The notes below the pieces were generated by a model. That model saw only the letters and a program-made list of their open reading frames with translations. It was not told where the DNA came from and ran no database searches. A DNA stretch of 64,000 bases from a virus. Lineage: Duplodnaviria; Caudoviricetes. Numbering within the stretch: the first letter of the stretch is position 1; every line of letters begins with the position of its first letter. A program made the position numbers and the translations under genes. The stretch covers positions 1 through 64,000 of IMG/VR virus record IMGVR_UViG_3300048670_000735; one strand, 5' to 3'. Shown piece after piece: positions 34,216 to 43,895 of this stretch.

Positions 34216-35016
34216 ATGTCAAAACAATCAGGTAGAATGAGTCAATCAGCAAATGACTTTTTGGCCCCATACGCACCCACAATAGGAACTGCAACAGATG
34301 TAGGAACTAATCGCCCATTTGGTAGCGGTGCAATTACAGTGACTTTTACACCAGACAGCCGAAACGCCGCAACATCCTTCACAGCGTCTGGTTTCTGCAG
34401 TGTTCATAACTCGATTCACTCAGCAACAGGCTCATCTTCTCCAATAACTATTTATGGTTTTGGTTCAGGAGCTGTAACAAATATTACGGTAACGGCTACA
34501 AATGAATATGGAACATCACCAGCTTCTGACCCATCTAATTCAGTTACAGCTACAACCGTTCCCGCTACACCAGGGGCACCGTCAGCAACAGGACAAGTAA
34601 ATCAAGATACAGTTTCTTGGGTAGCTCCCTCAGACGGTGGAAAAGGAATAACAGAATATATATTAAGATCAAGTGATGGACCAACATATTCAGTGGGTTC
34701 AACTTCACGTGCAGTTGCTGAAACTGCTAATACATCACAACAATATTTTGTACGAGCAATAAACGCAAATGGAACTTCCGTAGAGTCCTCTGGTTCTAAT
34801 ACGGTTACAACTCTTCCTCCTACATTCTTTTCACCACCTTCATTCTTCGCACCTCCAGGGTTCTTTGCACCTCCAGGGTTCTTCGCACCTCCAGGGTTCT
34901 TTGCACCACCTTCATTCTTTGCACCTCCAGGGTTCTTTGCACCTCCAGGGTTCTTCGCACCTCCAGGGTTCTTTGCACCTCCAGGGTTCTTTGCACCTCC
35001 AGGGTTCTGGGACTAA
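34216..35016 (+). CDS. two-FN3-domain protein with C-terminal (PPGFFA)n tail
   Basis: AP.IGTA, V.ATN.YG, W.AP.DGG..IT.Y, VRAIN.NG FN3 motifs. Confidence 0.8.
   Translation: MSKQSGRMSQSANDFLAPYAPTIGTATDVGTNRPFGSGAITVTFTPDSRNAATSFTASGFCSVHNSIHSATGSSSPITIYGFGSGAVTNITVTATNEYGTSPASDPSNSVTATTVPATPGAPSATGQVNQDTVSWVAPSDGGKGITEYILRSSDGPTYSVGSTSRAVAETANTSQQYFVRAINANGTSVESSGSNTVTTLPPTFFSPPSFFAPPGFFAPPGFFAPPGFFAPPSFFAPPGFFAPPGFFAPPGFFAPPGFFAPPGFWD
34816..35013 (+). repeat. 11 x 18-bp coding repeat encoding PP(G/S/T)FF(A/S), last unit PPGFWD
   Basis: tandem CCTCCAGGGTTCTTYGCA units. Confidence 0.97.
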
Positions 35017-35084
35017 TTAAATAAATTTTACCTCTTGACAAAATAGTTTATAATTGATAAACTATAAATAAAGAAAGAGATTTT

Positions 35085-35759
35085 ATGACACAAACATGGT
35101 CAAATAAAGAAATTTTATTTCCAGGATTATGGGTATATAGAGACGTAGTTAAACCAGAATTAAATTTGGTTCCTAGACTGCTTAACCTAATTGACAGCAG
35201 TGCTGGAAGAATTAATTGGAAAGAAGCAACTGTTGGCTATAATGAAAATAGGCCAAAGTATAGGGATTGCCAAGATATAAAAATTGGTGAAATTAAAAAT
35301 CCTAACAATCCATATGATTATGAATTTAATGAAATATGGAAATTAGCAAAAGATGCACAGTCTGGTCCAGTTGAAGATTACTGCACAGCTCACAGCGTAA
35401 GAATGGATTTTTGGGAAGTAATGAATTTTATTTCTTATGGTCCAGGGCAACATTTTCAAGAACATGCAGATCACGGATTTTCTTATAGTGCAACCGTTTC
35501 CCTTGTTGCATATCCAAACGATGACTACGAGGGTGGAGAACTAGCTTTTCCAAAACTAGGAATTACTGTTAAGCCACGAGCAGGAGACCTATACATATTC
35601 CCTTCAAGCTATATCTATTCTCACGTGGCTCTTCCAGTTAGAAGCGGAAAAAAGTATTCTATTGTAACTATGCTTGATTATAATGACAATACGCATAACG
35701 ATGAATACCGTGCATTAGTTGATAGAAGACTAGGCAATGATAAAAATAAGGGCATATAG
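35085..35759 (+). CDS. 2OG-Fe(II) oxygenase (prolyl hydroxylase-like)
   Basis: HAD...Y.NDDYEGGEL.F...FPS...H...PV..G.KY. Confidence 0.9.
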   Translation: MTQTWSNKEILFPGLWVYRDVVKPELNLVPRLLNLIDSSAGRINWKEATVGYNENRPKYRDCQDIKIGEIKNPNNPYDYEFNEIWKLAKDAQSGPVEDYCTAHSVRMDFWEVMNFISYGPGQHFQEHADHGFSYSATVSLVAYPNDDYEGGELAFPKLGITVKPRAGDLYIFPSSYIYSHVALPVRSGKKYSIVTMLDYNDNTHNDEYRALVDRRLGNDKNKGI

Positions 35760-36447
35760 AAAACAAAAAGATTCTGCAAACATATCACAGCTTTCAGTTA
35801 AGAGAGACTGGATGGATGAAACATGGGAATCTCATGCATACAAATGTTTTCCAATAAGCCTTACAAACCAGCTGGGTTGGGGAATATCATTTCCAGAAGA
35901 TATAACTTTTATATGGGATGGGATTTCAGACTCTTCTTCAGATCATGTAAAAATATTATCAGGATTAAAATATGCACATTCAGGAAGAGGAAATGCCACA
36001 GTAAGCTTTAATACAGGCATTAGCTTTAAAACTGATGAAAATATAAGCCTATTAACAATGCCAGTTCCCAATTATTTAAGGGACGGCATTCAGCCATTTA
36101 CAACATTAATGAGTACTTCATTTTTTAATGGCGAATTGCCATGTGCTTTAAGAGTAACAAGACCAAATGTTGAAATAACAATTAAAGCAAATACTCCAAT
36201 ATTTTCAATTCTTCCAATTAACCTTGAAGAAATTCAAGATTCTGAAATAATATTTGAAGATCCAAGCCTTCTTCCAGAATTAAGTTTTGATCCAAAAGCT
36301 TATGGAGAAGAGGTATATAAAATAAATATGTCTGGAAAGTGGACAAATTTTTATAGAGATGCCGTTGATCATTTAGGAAACATTTTAGGAAAACATCAAA
36401 TAAAAGCAGTTAGGCTAAAGGTCCATGAGGACAAAAGCAACATATGA
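35737..36447 (+). CDS. DUF6065-like protein
   Basis: R.WMD.T...HAY.C.P....NQ.GW N-terminus. Confidence 0.65.
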   Translation: MIKIRAYRKQKDSANISQLSVKRDWMDETWESHAYKCFPISLTNQLGWGISFPEDITFIWDGISDSSSDHVKILSGLKYAHSGRGNATVSFNTGISFKTDENISLLTMPVPNYLRDGIQPFTTLMSTSFFNGELPCALRVTRPNVEITIKANTPIFSILPINLEEIQDSEIIFEDPSLLPELSFDPKAYGEEVYKINMSGKWTNFYRDAVDHLGNILGKHQIKAVRLKVHEDKSNI

Positions 36448-36474
36448 TAAAATTATATAAAAGGGGTATTAAAA

Positions 36475-37170
36475 ATGATGAGACAAGATAATGAAATAAT
36501 AGCAAACAGAGACATTGGTTTGCATGCTCCAAAATCAATAACCCCGTCAGGATTCTTTGGCAATTCATCTGACAACATAGTAGAGATAGAAAACTTTTTA
36601 ACAGAAGATGAAAGAGCAAGACTAATTGATTTTGCAATGAATAATAAAGTTTGGGATCAAACAGAAAGCCATGTCGATGAAGATGGCCTTGTCCTTTATG
36701 ATGCTAACATATGGAAAGATAGAGTTTGTACATATCATTCTTTAATGAAATCAGATCCAAGTATACTAGAATTAATTAATTCTATGATTGCAAGATTAAA
36801 AATTGAAGTAGATAAATTTTTTAATGTTGATGCAAAAGAAACTGGACCAGCAATTGTAAGGTGGCCAATAGGTGCAAGACAAGAACCACATGCAGATAAA
36901 GAATTTCACACTGGAATAGAAAAAGGAAGACCGAATGATTTTCCCTGGTATGATCTAGCAGGCTTATTTTATTTCAATGATGATTATGAGGGTGGAGAAT
37001 TATATTTCCCACAACATGGAATTGAGTTTAAACCAAAAGCAGGAGCAGCTTATTTTTTTCCAGGAGACATGAACTATACTCATGGAGTTAGACCAGTAAT
37101 CTCTGGAAATAGATTTACCTCCCCATTTTTTTGGACCATAATGAAACATTTGGATCAAGTTGAAAAATAA
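36475..37170 (+). CDS. 2OG-Fe(II) oxygenase
   Basis: HAD...YFNDDYEGGELYF...HGV...G.R. Confidence 0.9.
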   Translation: MMRQDNEIIANRDIGLHAPKSITPSGFFGNSSDNIVEIENFLTEDERARLIDFAMNNKVWDQTESHVDEDGLVLYDANIWKDRVCTYHSLMKSDPSILELINSMIARLKIEVDKFFNVDAKETGPAIVRWPIGARQEPHADKEFHTGIEKGRPNDFPWYDLAGLFYFNDDYEGGELYFPQHGIEFKPKAGAAYFFPGDMNYTHGVRPVISGNRFTSPFFWTIMKHLDQVEK

Positions 37171-37795
37171 TAACTGTTTAATTGATGACAATTTTTTGCT
37201 TGATGAAGAAATAGATTATTTACAGCAAATAATGTATTCTTATGAAAATACTTTTAATTGGATATATACTCCTACAGGAAACATGGACGCTGGCGATTAT
37301 CGAGCAGTACACACTAAAAATACAAACAATTCAATGCAATTTATTCATACAGCAAAATTAGGAAAAATAGAATATTCAAATTTTTCAAAAGATGCCGAAA
37401 GAGTTCTATATAAGTTTTGTAAAAAAAACAATATAGAGGTTATAGATGTTTTTAGAATTAAAGCTAATTTAATTCCAAAACAAAATGATTATTTGCAAAC
37501 AAATATGCCACACGTAGATAATGTTATTGATATTATTCCTGAACATACAGAGGGAGAGCATTATGTTTTTTTGTATTATGTAAACGATTCAGACGGCCCA
37601 ACAGTAATCTTTAATGAAAAATATAATGGAGAAAAAAAAGATATCTTTTCTATAAAACAAAAAATTAACCCATTAGCTGGAAGAGGCATATTGTTTAATG
37701 CAGACCAGTACCACGCCTCATCTATACCTAAAAAAACAAATTTAAGATGTGTAATAAACATTAATTTAATAGGAAAAAAAATAAATGATAATTGA
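37160..37795 (+). CDS. 2OG-Fe(II) oxygenase
   Basis: PHVD...LYYVNDSDG.T...YHASS.P....R.VIN.N. Confidence 0.8.
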   Translation: MKNNNCLIDDNFLLDEEIDYLQQIMYSYENTFNWIYTPTGNMDAGDYRAVHTKNTNNSMQFIHTAKLGKIEYSNFSKDAERVLYKFCKKNNIEVIDVFRIKANLIPKQNDYLQTNMPHVDNVIDIIPEHTEGEHYVFLYYVNDSDGPTVIFNEKYNGEKKDIFSIKQKINPLAGRGILFNADQYHASSIPKKTNLRCVININLIGKKINDN

Positions 37796-38225
37796 AAATT
37801 TAACCAAAAAAGAAATAGAGGCTTCCAGAGTCCTATTAGATCTGACCCTGGGCATAGAGCATTCAGGTAAATCTTTTTTTAGTCATTTATACAACACATT
37901 TTATATATTAAAAAAAATGAATTTAGACGAAGATACATGCCTGGCAGGAATGTATCATTCGATATATGGAACAGAGTATTTTAAGATAGACAAACAGGTG
38001 CAAAAAGATGAAGTTATTAAAACAATTGGACAAAAAGCAAATAAATTGGTAGAATATTTTTGTACAGAAAATAGAAATGATTTTATTTTAAACGGTAAAA
38101 TAGAAGATCAAGATAGGCTTTCTTTATTGTATATTTTATATGCAAACGAAATAGAGCAAAGAGGCGAAAAAAACATTTTGTTTTTAAATAAAATAAAAGA
38201 AGAAATAGGAAAGAGATTGCTATGA
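37785..38225 (+). CDS. HD-like (DUF6817-type) protein
   Basis: HSG.SF..HL..T...C.AG.YHSIYGTE.F. Confidence 0.7.
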   Translation: MIIENLTKKEIEASRVLLDLTLGIEHSGKSFFSHLYNTFYILKKMNLDEDTCLAGMYHSIYGTEYFKIDKQVQKDEVIKTIGQKANKLVEYFCTENRNDFILNGKIEDQDRLSLLYILYANEIEQRGEKNILFLNKIKEEIGKRLL

Positions 38226-39049
38226 CAAACTTAGAGTATATTGAGCTATATCCAAGAATAGATGTTTATAGAAATGTTTTAAAAGATCCGCAGGCTTTAT
38301 ATCAAACTATGAAAAAATCTGAGGAAACTTCAAATGGAGAATACTTTTTAAAAACTTGGGATGCATGGGCAAAATTTGGAACCTACACTCAGAAGAAAGA
38401 CTTGGCTGAAGTTTCAGAAGATACAAAAACTAAAGATATGTTTATTGAAGAAAAAGATTTTGCAGATCAGGTTGAAGCAGCTTATGATTTAGTTTTGTTG
38501 GATTACATAAAAAGACACAATGTTGAGTTAAAACCTGGTTGGCATTTTAGCGGTTGTTCTTTTTCAAAATATAAAGATGGAGTAGACACTCTAAAAAATA
38601 AAATGACAATGCAGTACCACACTGATTTTATTATTGCAGAAAGAGAAATGCCTGGATCTAAGTTTCAATTAACATGCACAATGTACATAAACGATGACTA
38701 TCAAGGCGGAGACATAGAATTTTTTATTGATGGAAAGCTAATTAACCATAAGCCACAAGCAGGAGACATTCTTGTCTTCCCATCAGATGAACCATACTTT
38801 CATGGAGTTAAAACAATATACAATGGTCAAAAGTTTTTTGTAAGAAATTTTGTAATGTACCCTTACGATGGAAGCCCTGAATGGCTAGCAAATCAAAAAC
38901 AATTTGGTGCAGTAAATTGGATGAAAAAAGAATTTATTAGGCTAGAAGAGGCTACAAAAAGAAACATGAAATATGTTGAAGATGGCGTAGAAATTCCAGT
39001 AGAGATTGCACACGCAAACCATAATGTAGAGTCAAAGGAAAGTATGTAA
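38222..39049 (+). CDS. 2OG-Fe(II) oxygenase
   Basis: HTD...YINDDYQGG...FPS..PY.HGV. Confidence 0.9.
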   Translation: MTNLEYIELYPRIDVYRNVLKDPQALYQTMKKSEETSNGEYFLKTWDAWAKFGTYTQKKDLAEVSEDTKTKDMFIEEKDFADQVEAAYDLVLLDYIKRHNVELKPGWHFSGCSFSKYKDGVDTLKNKMTMQYHTDFIIAEREMPGSKFQLTCTMYINDDYQGGDIEFFIDGKLINHKPQAGDILVFPSDEPYFHGVKTIYNGQKFFVRNFVMYPYDGSPEWLANQKQFGAVNWMKKEFIRLEEATKRNMKYVEDGVEIPVEIAHANHNVESKESM

Positions 39050-39807
39050 TGGAACTAATAAAAATAGCAGAAGACATTCATCTATATAAAAATTTTATAG
39101 AAGATGAAGAACTTGCTAAAGTAACATCTTTATTAAAAAAATTACAAAATACCGACGAAGACTATTGGAAGTCTATATCTTTTTATGAGTCATATTCCGC
39201 CAGATACCCTTATGATGGAGAACCAATTTTAGAAGAATTTGGTTTGCCTGCAACTTATTTTTCTGATCTAAGAAATAGGTTTAAAGAAGCAGCCGCACAT
39301 GTTGCTAATCAGCCAGTTGAAAAAATGTCTCAAATAAGTTTTCATATTCAAAGATGGCTTCCAGGTTCTTTTGCACCAAAGCATTCTGACAACAGTGATA
39401 ATGAAGGAAACATGGGAGCCTTTACAAGAAGCAGATACGCTGGATTTTTATACTTAAATGATGACTTTGAAGGAGGCACCTTAAAGTTTGAAGCACAACA
39501 CGGAGAGCTGCCATTAGAAATAATTCCAGAAGCTGGATCTTTTTTAATATTCCACGGCGGTCACAAAAACATGCATGAGGTTACTGTAGTAAAAAAGAGC
39601 CCAAGATACACAATAGGTTCTTTTTGGGACGATAGAGAAGAATCAGATTATCCACAAGAGGTAAGAGATGCTTGGGCTGAAGAGCTTAAAAAAGTTAGAG
39701 CAATTCAAGCTGAAGAAGCGGTAGAGTGGAAAGAAGTTAGAGAAAAGGGATTACGTCTAACACCAGATGGCAAGTCTATACCAGCATCTGAAGTGGAAGA
39801 TTTATGA
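39049..39807 (+). CDS. 2OG-Fe(II) oxygenase
   Basis: HSD...YLNDDFEGG.L...HEV...RY. Confidence 0.9.
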   Translation: MELIKIAEDIHLYKNFIEDEELAKVTSLLKKLQNTDEDYWKSISFYESYSARYPYDGEPILEEFGLPATYFSDLRNRFKEAAAHVANQPVEKMSQISFHIQRWLPGSFAPKHSDNSDNEGNMGAFTRSRYAGFLYLNDDFEGGTLKFEAQHGELPLEIIPEAGSFLIFHGGHKNMHEVTVVKKSPRYTIGSFWDDREESDYPQEVRDAWAEELKKVRAIQAEEAVEWKEVREKGLRLTPDGKSIPASEVEDL

Positions 39808-40469
39808 TAGACGAAAAATCAAATAAATTTGATCCAAATGACATGTATCACATGTTTATACCAAATGTTTTAGAGAACAATATTTGGTATTATAAAAATG
39901 TTGTAAGCTATCCAAAAGAGCTATTAGATTTTATTAATGAAGTTGATAATGATGCTAGAAGCCACGGCAAAATAACAAAGTGGTTTCCTTGGACTGCTAG
40001 CAATAATGGCTCTTTAATATACGGAGACAACAAAAATGTTCTACCTTCAAATATGAAAGATGTCATAGATGCTGGAAGATTAGATCAAAAAATACTATAC
40101 ATATCAAATAGCATAAAGATGGCTTTTCAAATGTGTCTTGATAATTACTTTGCTTCAAGAAATATCGATTCGTCAAATTATGTTTTGCCAATGAGTGAGA
40201 TTCCATTAAGAAGATGGGGAGTGGGTCCTGGAATGGGTCCTCATTGTGATAACTATGACGGGCATACAAATCTTGCTTTTTCTATGATTTTATATTTAAA
40301 CAACAACTACGAAGGCGGGGAAATCGAGTTTCCAAATCAGGGAGTGTCTTTAAAGCCAGATGAGGGCAGCCTAATTATATTTCCAAGCAGCGAACCATAC
40401 CTTCACAAAGTAAATGAGATTAAATCAGGAGACAGGTACACATCACATCTTTCAGTATATACAAGATAG
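39804..40469 (+). CDS. 2OG-Fe(II) oxygenase
   Basis: HCD...YLN.NYEGGEI.F...FPS..PY.H.V...G.RY. Confidence 0.9.
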   Translation: MIDEKSNKFDPNDMYHMFIPNVLENNIWYYKNVVSYPKELLDFINEVDNDARSHGKITKWFPWTASNNGSLIYGDNKNVLPSNMKDVIDAGRLDQKILYISNSIKMAFQMCLDNYFASRNIDSSNYVLPMSEIPLRRWGVGPGMGPHCDNYDGHTNLAFSMILYLNNNYEGGEIEFPNQGVSLKPDEGSLIIFPSSEPYLHKVNEIKSGDRYTSHLSVYTR

Positions 40470-40485
40470 GTGGTATAATTAAAAA

Positions 40486-41682
40486 ATGAGCACAGTTCCT
40501 AATCAACACGGATTACATTTCCCAGACTACACGGATTCTCCAGACGTGCCTAAAGACCTGTCACTATTGGCTAAAGATATTGCAGATCTTATTGATGCTA
40601 ACCCTGGACCGCAAGGTGAAGTTGGCCCAGCAAATTCTCTTGATGTAATTGCAACAAACACAATTACAGCAGGCCTAAATGCATCTGTAATAATTTCAGG
40701 AACAGCGCCATCACAACATTTAACATTTAACATCCCAAAAGGACAAGACGGTGTGTTAGGTGGTCCAGGACCATCAAATGTTTTAACAATAGGAACAGTA
40801 ACTTCAGGACAAACGGCAAACGCATCGATTACTGGAACATCTCCAACTCAAACTTTAAATTTAGTTTTACCAGTAGGGCCTGCGGGAGCAACTGGAGCAA
40901 CTGGTGAGCAAGGGCTAAAGGGAGATGCAGCAGCAACTATAGCTGTAAACTCCACTACAACAGGAGCTGCAGGAACAAATGCATCCGTAACAAATTCTGG
41001 AACATCAAGCAATGTTTTATTAAACTTTACAATTCCAAGAGGAGCAACTGGATCAACTGGTCCACAGGGCCCACAGGGTCCGACAGGTATTGATGGAGCA
41101 ACTCCAAGCATAGATCCAATATCATTAAGAATTGGTCTTATGTCACCGAATACATCTTCAACTGGCGTTAACTCAAACTGGTATCCATTTTCTACAAACT
41201 TATATTCTTTAGGAAAAGATACAACTGATGGTGGACCAGCGAGATACTGGAAGGATATTTTTTGTAATGGAACGATAAGAGCAGCATCTGTTATTGCAAC
41301 AGGAAATATGTTTATAAATACATCTACAATAGTTACATCAGATGAAAATTTAAAAAATACAATAGCTCCATCTAATCTAGGTCTTAATTTTATTAACTTG
41401 TTAAATCCAGTAAGCTACAAATTTAATGTTGGCGGAATAGACTATTCAGTAGATGAAGATGGAAATCAGGTTGAAAGCACAATTCCAGGAAGCAGAACGC
41501 ACTACGGACTTATAGCTCAAGAAGTTAAAGAGTCTTTGGACAGCTTAAACATTGAAGATTTTGGCGGCTGGGTTCAAAAAGAAGATCAAACTCAGGCATT
41601 AAGGTATGAAGAATTTATAGCGCCATTAATTAAAGCAGTACAAGAACTTTCAGCGAGAGTACAAGTTTTAGAAGAAAAGTAG
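40486..41682 (+). CDS. collagen-like fibre with C-terminal intramolecular chaperone (peptidase S74)
   Basis: GXY repeats; TSD.NLK..I autocleavage site, GLIAQEV, LRYEEFIAPLIKAVQEL. Confidence 0.88.
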   Translation: MSTVPNQHGLHFPDYTDSPDVPKDLSLLAKDIADLIDANPGPQGEVGPANSLDVIATNTITAGLNASVIISGTAPSQHLTFNIPKGQDGVLGGPGPSNVLTIGTVTSGQTANASITGTSPTQTLNLVLPVGPAGATGATGEQGLKGDAAATIAVNSTTTGAAGTNASVTNSGTSSNVLLNFTIPRGATGSTGPQGPQGPTGIDGATPSIDPISLRIGLMSPNTSSTGVNSNWYPFSTNLYSLGKDTTDGGPARYWKDIFCNGTIRAASVIATGNMFINTSTIVTSDENLKNTIAPSNLGLNFINLLNPVSYKFNVGGIDYSVDEDGNQVESTIPGSRTHYGLIAQEVKESLDSLNIEDFGGWVQKEDQTQALRYEEFIAPLIKAVQELSARVQVLEEK

Positions 41683-41688
41683 GTAAAG

Positions 41689-43494
41689 ATGTCATATAAG
41701 AATGCGGTCTTAAATGATCATCCAAATTCATTTTACCTTTTAGACGAAGTAAGATCTGGAACAGTAGGATCATACTCTGGAATTATTTCTCAGTTTGCAA
41801 CATATCAAGATTTAAAAGATAGCGGTCTTACATATTCTGCATTAAGCGGATTACCAGTTATCGACTATTCAGGAAACATAAATGATGGATATGCAATAAG
41901 CACATCAAGTAAAGAGCTGATGCCATTAGTGCCAGGAAGCATAAGAGGTACACAAGTTCTTGAGCAAACAAGAGTTGCATTTAGTCCAAAAGGAATAGCA
42001 ACAAAATATTTTAACGATAATTCTTTTAGCATAGAGGCCTGGGCAGCTTTGCCAAGCTATGATGTAGACGCTACAATTGTCGCAGACCCAGAACTGGGGA
42101 TTGGAATATTTTATGAAAACGGAAACATAGTATTTAAAGTAGGAGATATACAGACTAGCTATACCGTATCAAATTCAAGATCAAAATATATTGTTGCATT
42201 ATTTGAAAACAGATCTATATCCCTTTATATTGATGGTGTAATTGTTGATAAGCAACCAACCAACAATTATAAATTTACAAACGAATATATTAATTTTATA
42301 AGCAGTACATCAGATGAACAGTTGGTTATAGACTCTGTAGCATTTTATAAATTTGCTCTGTCTCAATCTCAAATAAATAATCATTATAATGAAGGCATAA
42401 AAGAAATAAAGTACTCTCAAATAGTAGATCTTGATAACGGATATTTGTTTAGCATGAATGTAGAGCCAATTAAGCCAAAATTTAAATACTCTTATCCAGA
42501 ATCAAAATCATGGAGAGAGATTTATGGAGACAATGTGTCTATAGCAGATGACGGATCATACCTTTATTTTAAAAAAACTTTAGACTCTGCAACCTCACAA
42601 TTTTCTTTTATAGATTCTTTTATTGTTCCAAATTATTTAAACTTAACAACATCTCAAATTTATTGGGAAGATGATGTTGACGGAATATCAGTAGAAGTCA
42701 GCACAAACGGATCTAACTGGCAAGAATGCCAAAATGGAAACCCATTGCCATATTTTAATAAAAACGAAAATTTGTTTTCAGATTTGCTTTATTTGAAAGT
42801 TACAATTTTATCAGCCGATACAAGAAAATATTTGCCAATATTAAAAAGCTTAGAAATTTTGTTCTTTAGTTCAAAAAATTTTTACAGCGATAACTCAGGC
42901 TACTATTTATCTTCAGGCTATGACTATTCGCTTCCTAAAAAAAATAATAGAATTTTAGCCTACGATAAAAATAATGGTTTACGTATGTACAACGGCCATG
43001 GATTTTATTTAAACAATGTGCCCTCAATTAAAACAGTTGAAATGATATTTACTCCAAGATATTCAGAAAATGTGCTTGTTTCTGCTGCGTCAAAAATATA
43101 CGAGTGGAACCAGGCTGGAACTATAACAAAGTCAGGAATTGCCTCAATATATGTAAATGGTATAGATCGAACAAGCAGTACAAATATATGGGACTTTATA
43201 TCTCCAGATTTGCCACATCATGTGGTTATAACATTTTCTTCTCAGGCCACAAATCTTAAATTTAATCAAAATCAGTCAGACTCTAAGTCTGGTCTAGGAC
43301 ACATGTATAACAATCTTGCTATATACCCAGACGAGCTTGGGGAATATAATACATTAAATCATTATAGGCTTTATACAAATAGGATAGTAAATTCAATCAA
43401 CGACACCTCATTAACAATATCAGAAAGCACATCAGGTAACGATTCTACGTCTGTCAGACTGATTTTAATACAGCCAGAAGCCATAAGTATATAA
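41689..43494 (+). CDS. LamG/concanavalin-like domain virion protein
   Basis: MSY...VL.D.P...Y.LDE, FSIEAW, LYIDG, ID.VAFY..ALS..QI..HY. Confidence 0.75.
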   Translation: MSYKNAVLNDHPNSFYLLDEVRSGTVGSYSGIISQFATYQDLKDSGLTYSALSGLPVIDYSGNINDGYAISTSSKELMPLVPGSIRGTQVLEQTRVAFSPKGIATKYFNDNSFSIEAWAALPSYDVDATIVADPELGIGIFYENGNIVFKVGDIQTSYTVSNSRSKYIVALFENRSISLYIDGVIVDKQPTNNYKFTNEYINFISSTSDEQLVIDSVAFYKFALSQSQINNHYNEGIKEIKYSQIVDLDNGYLFSMNVEPIKPKFKYSYPESKSWREIYGDNVSIADDGSYLYFKKTLDSATSQFSFIDSFIVPNYLNLTTSQIYWEDDVDGISVEVSTNGSNWQECQNGNPLPYFNKNENLFSDLLYLKVTILSADTRKYLPILKSLEILFFSSKNFYSDNSGYYLSSGYDYSLPKKNNRILAYDKNNGLRMYNGHGFYLNNVPSIKTVEMIFTPRYSENVLVSAASKIYEWNQAGTITKSGIASIYVNGIDRTSSTNIWDFISPDLPHHVVITFSSQATNLKFNQNQSDSKSGLGHMYNNLAIYPDELGEYNTLNHYRLYTNRIVNSINDTSLTISESTSGNDSTSVRLILIQPEAISI

Positions 43495-43556
43495 ATTTGT
43501 CACAAGCTCAGACAAAATCTGGACTTTAGCTACAACTAATGGTATGATTATGGTCT

Positions 43557-43895
43557 ATGAATATCTTAAACAAAAATACTAAAATTATTGAAGAAACCAC
43601 CCTAGGGATATATGTGTGGGAAATGCCTGACGGCAGATGGATTGGAGACGACGATGGCAACTTTCTTTCGATCACGTCCAAAAAAGGTAATAGATCCAGA
43701 ATCGATGCTTTGGCTAGAGAAGTTCGCTCGTTTGGTATATACGAGGGCAATCCCAAGTTCCTTTCAGGGCGTAGAAAAATTGACGATGAAGAGTTCGAGC
43801 ATCAAAACGAAAGACTCAAGTGGGGACTTACACCAGATCCACTAGATATTGGTGTTTATAAAGACGGAATACTTAGGGACGGTAAAGTTCAATGA
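43557..43895 (+). CDS. conserved hypothetical protein upstream of portal
   Basis: ORF track; GIYVWEMPDG. Confidence 0.75.
   Translation: MNILNKNTKIIEETTLGIYVWEMPDGRWIGDDDGNFLSITSKKGNRSRIDALAREVRSFGIYEGNPKFLSGRRKIDDEEFEHQNERLKWGLTPDPLDIGVYKDGILRDGKVQ

Noticed and set aside
34816-35013. 18-bp tandem repeats as a CRISPR array
   Set aside because: No unique spacers; the units are in-frame codon repeats with synonymous variation.
43557-43895. Terminase expected before the portal
   Set aside because: No Walker A/B or nuclease motifs and too short; the terminase must lie outside the window.
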